A DNA stretch of 64,000 bases from Pseudomonadota bacterium (GTDB taxonomy: Bacteria > Pseudomonadota > Gammaproteobacteria > Acidiferrobacterales > UBA6901), in the NCBI GenBank assembly GCA_021785515.1, contig JAJYEX010000006.1:100251-164250 (forward strand), in the 5' to 3' direction. Numbering within the stretch: the first letter of the stretch is position 1; each line of letters begins with the position of its first letter. This document shows positions 62,110 to 64,000 of this stretch, piece by piece. The translations under genes were made by a program, and so were the position numbers. Below the pieces are notes generated by a model. It was not told the DNA's origin and did not search any database. It saw only the letters and a program-made list of their open reading frames with translations.

Positions 62110-62353
62110 ATTGACCTCCGTACAGGCTCTTGGTATGCAGGGGCACCGCTGGACTGGCTTAGTTGACCCAATTGGTGTGGATTAATTGACCTAAGTTGTG
62201 TCGCGCCCTGTCCGCCCCACTTAAACTAGTGCGAGCGGCTCGCTCCGGGCAAGCCGCCGATATCCACAAGTGTACATTGCCGTAAGGGTTTCTGCCCAAC
62301 CTGCCCCAATTGGGGGCTGTGGACGAACTATCGAAGAGGGGGACTATAGAGCT

Positions 62354-62962
62354 ATGCGCAAGCCAGTAACATTAGTTCTGGGTTTATTCATCGCCGGGTC
62401 CATGGCCCCGGTCCATGCCGCGGGCAATGCCGCGGCCGGAAAGACGAAGTCGGTTGTCTGTCAGGGCTGTCACGGGACCGACGGAAACAGCAGCAATCCA
62501 AGCTATCCGAAGCTTGCCGGGCAAAGCGCCAGCTACCTGGTCAAACAGCTGACTGATTTCAAGGATGGCAAACGCAGCAATCCGATCATGTCAGGCATGG
62601 CCGCCCCTCTGTCGCCACAGGACCGGGCGGATGTCGCCGCCTACTTCGCGGCCCAGAAGCCGGTCCCGGGCACCGCCAACGCCAGCCCGGAAACGATCAA
62701 GCTCGGGGAACAGCTGTTCCGGGGAGGCAACCGCAAGTTCGGAATTTCGGCGTGCATGAGCTGCCACGGGCCGGCCGGCGCCGGAATTCCGCCACGGTTC
62801 CCGCGCCTGGCCGGACAGTATGCAGGCTATGTCAAGGCACAGCTGATTGCCTTCAAGAACGGGCAGCGCACGAACGATGACCACATCATGCAGAGCATCG
62901 CCTTCCGTATGTCACTGACCCAGATCGACGCGGTGGCGCAGTATATCCAGGGACTGCACTAG
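62354..62962 (+). CDS. Diheme cytochrome c4
   Basis: Signal peptide, CQGCH and CMSCH, YPKLAGQ/FPRLAGQ; divergent from engB as usual. Confidence 0.93.
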   Translation: MRKPVTLVLGLFIAGSMAPVHAAGNAAAGKTKSVVCQGCHGTDGNSSNPSYPKLAGQSASYLVKQLTDFKDGKRSNPIMSGMAAPLSPQDRADVAAYFAAQKPVPGTANASPETIKLGEQLFRGGNRKFGISACMSCHGPAGAGIPPRFPRLAGQYAGYVKAQLIAFKNGQRTNDDHIMQSIAFRMSLTQIDAVAQYIQGLH

Positions 62963-63092
62963 CCCGCATTTTACTCGTACCGCCCGGAACCGCTTGGGTT
63001 CTGGGCGGTTCTGCCCATGGGCGTCACCACTGCCCCGGCGCGCATCCCGGTACGGGTGTAGCCTGCTTTACCCCTCACTACTATCTATTCTA

Positions 63093-63137
63093 AATCAATG
63101 GATTACAGAGAATGACGATCCTGGCACAGCTCTTGCT
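63093..63137 (+). promoter_or_regulatory. IHF site plus sigma54 promoter
   Basis: AATCAA-TGGA-TTA (63093-63105) matches WATCAANNNNTTR; TGGCAC-AGCTC-TTGCT (63122-63137) matches the -24/-12 consensus. Confidence 0.75.
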
Positions 63138-63220
63138 GCTAAGTTCACCAAAGCCAGCGCATCCGGGCGCAGTCTGCGGGAGGACGGGCCCGGAAGCCAA
63201 ATCGGACAGGAGTAGCCATC

Positions 63221-63457
63221 ATGCTAAGCTTCATTGTCAGCCTGGTAAACAGCTACGAACAGAACCATGGGGTGCGTCCCAACCTGGTGTACATGAACGA
63301 GACGCACTACAGCTATCTGCGCGAAGAACTTCCCGGGGTACGGGATCATGACGATGTCACCGCAATTCTCGGCGTCGACATCGCCTTGAGCGATGAAACC
63401 CTGCGTCCACATGTGGCGGCAGTGAAGTTTGGCGACGAATACATACTTTCAAGCTGA
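63221..63457 (+). CDS. Small hypothetical protein (78 aa)
   Basis: CAGGAG RBS, protein-like composition, own promoter and terminator. Confidence 0.75.
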   Translation: MLSFIVSLVNSYEQNHGVRPNLVYMNETHYSYLREELPGVRDHDDVTAILGVDIALSDETLRPHVAAVKFGDEYILSS

Positions 63458-63513
63458 GTCAGGGCAACAAGGGGAACAACAAATCCGGACCAGCATGTTG
63501 GGGTGTGGGCCTC

Positions 63514-63551
63514 AAAGGCCGAGGGATCAGATCAGCCCCCGGCCTTTTTTT
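63514..63551 (+). terminator. Intrinsic (possibly bidirectional) terminator
   Basis: AAAGGCCG...CGGCCTTTTTTT between convergent genes. Confidence 0.7.
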
Positions 63552-64000
63552 ATTCGAGGCCACCAAAAACGGTAGCGGCAGCTTCTAGGGTTGCGGCAAT
63601 ATCAGCGTCGGTGTGGGCCGCGGACACGAAGCCCGCCTCGAATGCGGACGGCGCCAGGTAGACGCCCGCATCGAGCATCCCATGGAAGAAACGTCGGAAA
63701 CGTTCGACATCGCAAGCCATCACCTGTGAAAAACGCGTAACCTGCTCTTCAACGGTGAAGAACAGGCCGAACATCCCTCCGACCGACTGTGCCAGAAACG
63801 GAATTCCAGCAGCCCGCGCTCGCGTCTGTAACCCTTGGCAAAGCAAACGGGTCTTCCTGCCCAGCTCCTCGTGAAACCCCGGCTGTCCCAGGGCCTGTAG
63901 AGTGGCCAGCCCGGCAGCCATTGCCAGCGGATTGCCGGAAAGCGTACCGGCCTGGTAGACCGGACCATCCGGGGCAATCCGGTCCATGATGTCCGCGCGA
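63550..64000 (-). CDS. hemL: Glutamate-1-semialdehyde 2,1-aminomutase, 3' part
   Basis: [32 protein letters not shown]. Confidence 0.96.
   Translation of the reverse strand, partial: RADIMDRIAPDGPVYQAGTLSGNPLAMAAGLATLQALGQPGFHEELGRKTRLLCQGLQTRARAAGIPFLAQSVGGMFGLFFTVEEQVTRFSQVMACDVERFRRFFHGMLDAGVYLAPSAFEAGFVSAAHTDADIAATLEAAATVFGGLE

Noticed and set aside
62111-62191. Three TTGACC repeats upstream of cytochrome c4 as FNR sites
   Set aside because: None has the ATCAA/GTCAA partner half at 4-nt spacing
1-64000. CRISPR arrays, IS elements, prophage, tRNA/rRNA
   Set aside because: No regularly spaced repeats, transposase/integrase motifs or structural RNA signatures were seen by eye

Overview
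GC-rich (roughly 60-65%) chromosomal backbone of a gammaproteobacterium. Gene content suggests a chemolithotroph such as Acidiferrobacterales/Chromatiales, but that is an inference. Most of the window is housekeeping: groESL (with CIRCE), cutA-dsbD-tlpA, aroQ-accBC-prmA-dusB-fis-purHDE-tsaC-hemF, nfeD/SPFH, rhlB, trxA-rho-rpmE, malic enzyme-mdh, exbBD, ybbAP-tesA, prmB, modABC, uvrD, LOG, polA, engB, cytochrome c4 and hemL. No mobile elements, tRNA/rRNA or CRISPR arrays were seen. The standout is a beta-oxidation operon (fadI-fadJ-fadD) headed by a ~2,440-aa single polypeptide. It fuses an ETF:quinone-oxidoreductase-like FixC/FixX unit, two complementary half-degenerate acyl-CoA dehydrogenase modules, and EtfB/EtfA-like domains, apparently a one-chain electron wire from acyl-CoA to quinone. 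Other notable signals are a probable sigmaE-driven, C-loop sRNA in the polA-engB (Spot42/ErsA/sX13) position and a second candidate sRNA upstream of cutA. There are also three GGDEF proteins that all lost the active site but kept the RxxD I-site (one followed by a PilZ gene), a sigma54+IHF promoter on a 78-aa unknown gene, and a Pho-box-like promoter on an orphan exbBD pair. All calls come from reading motifs by eye; no searches were run.
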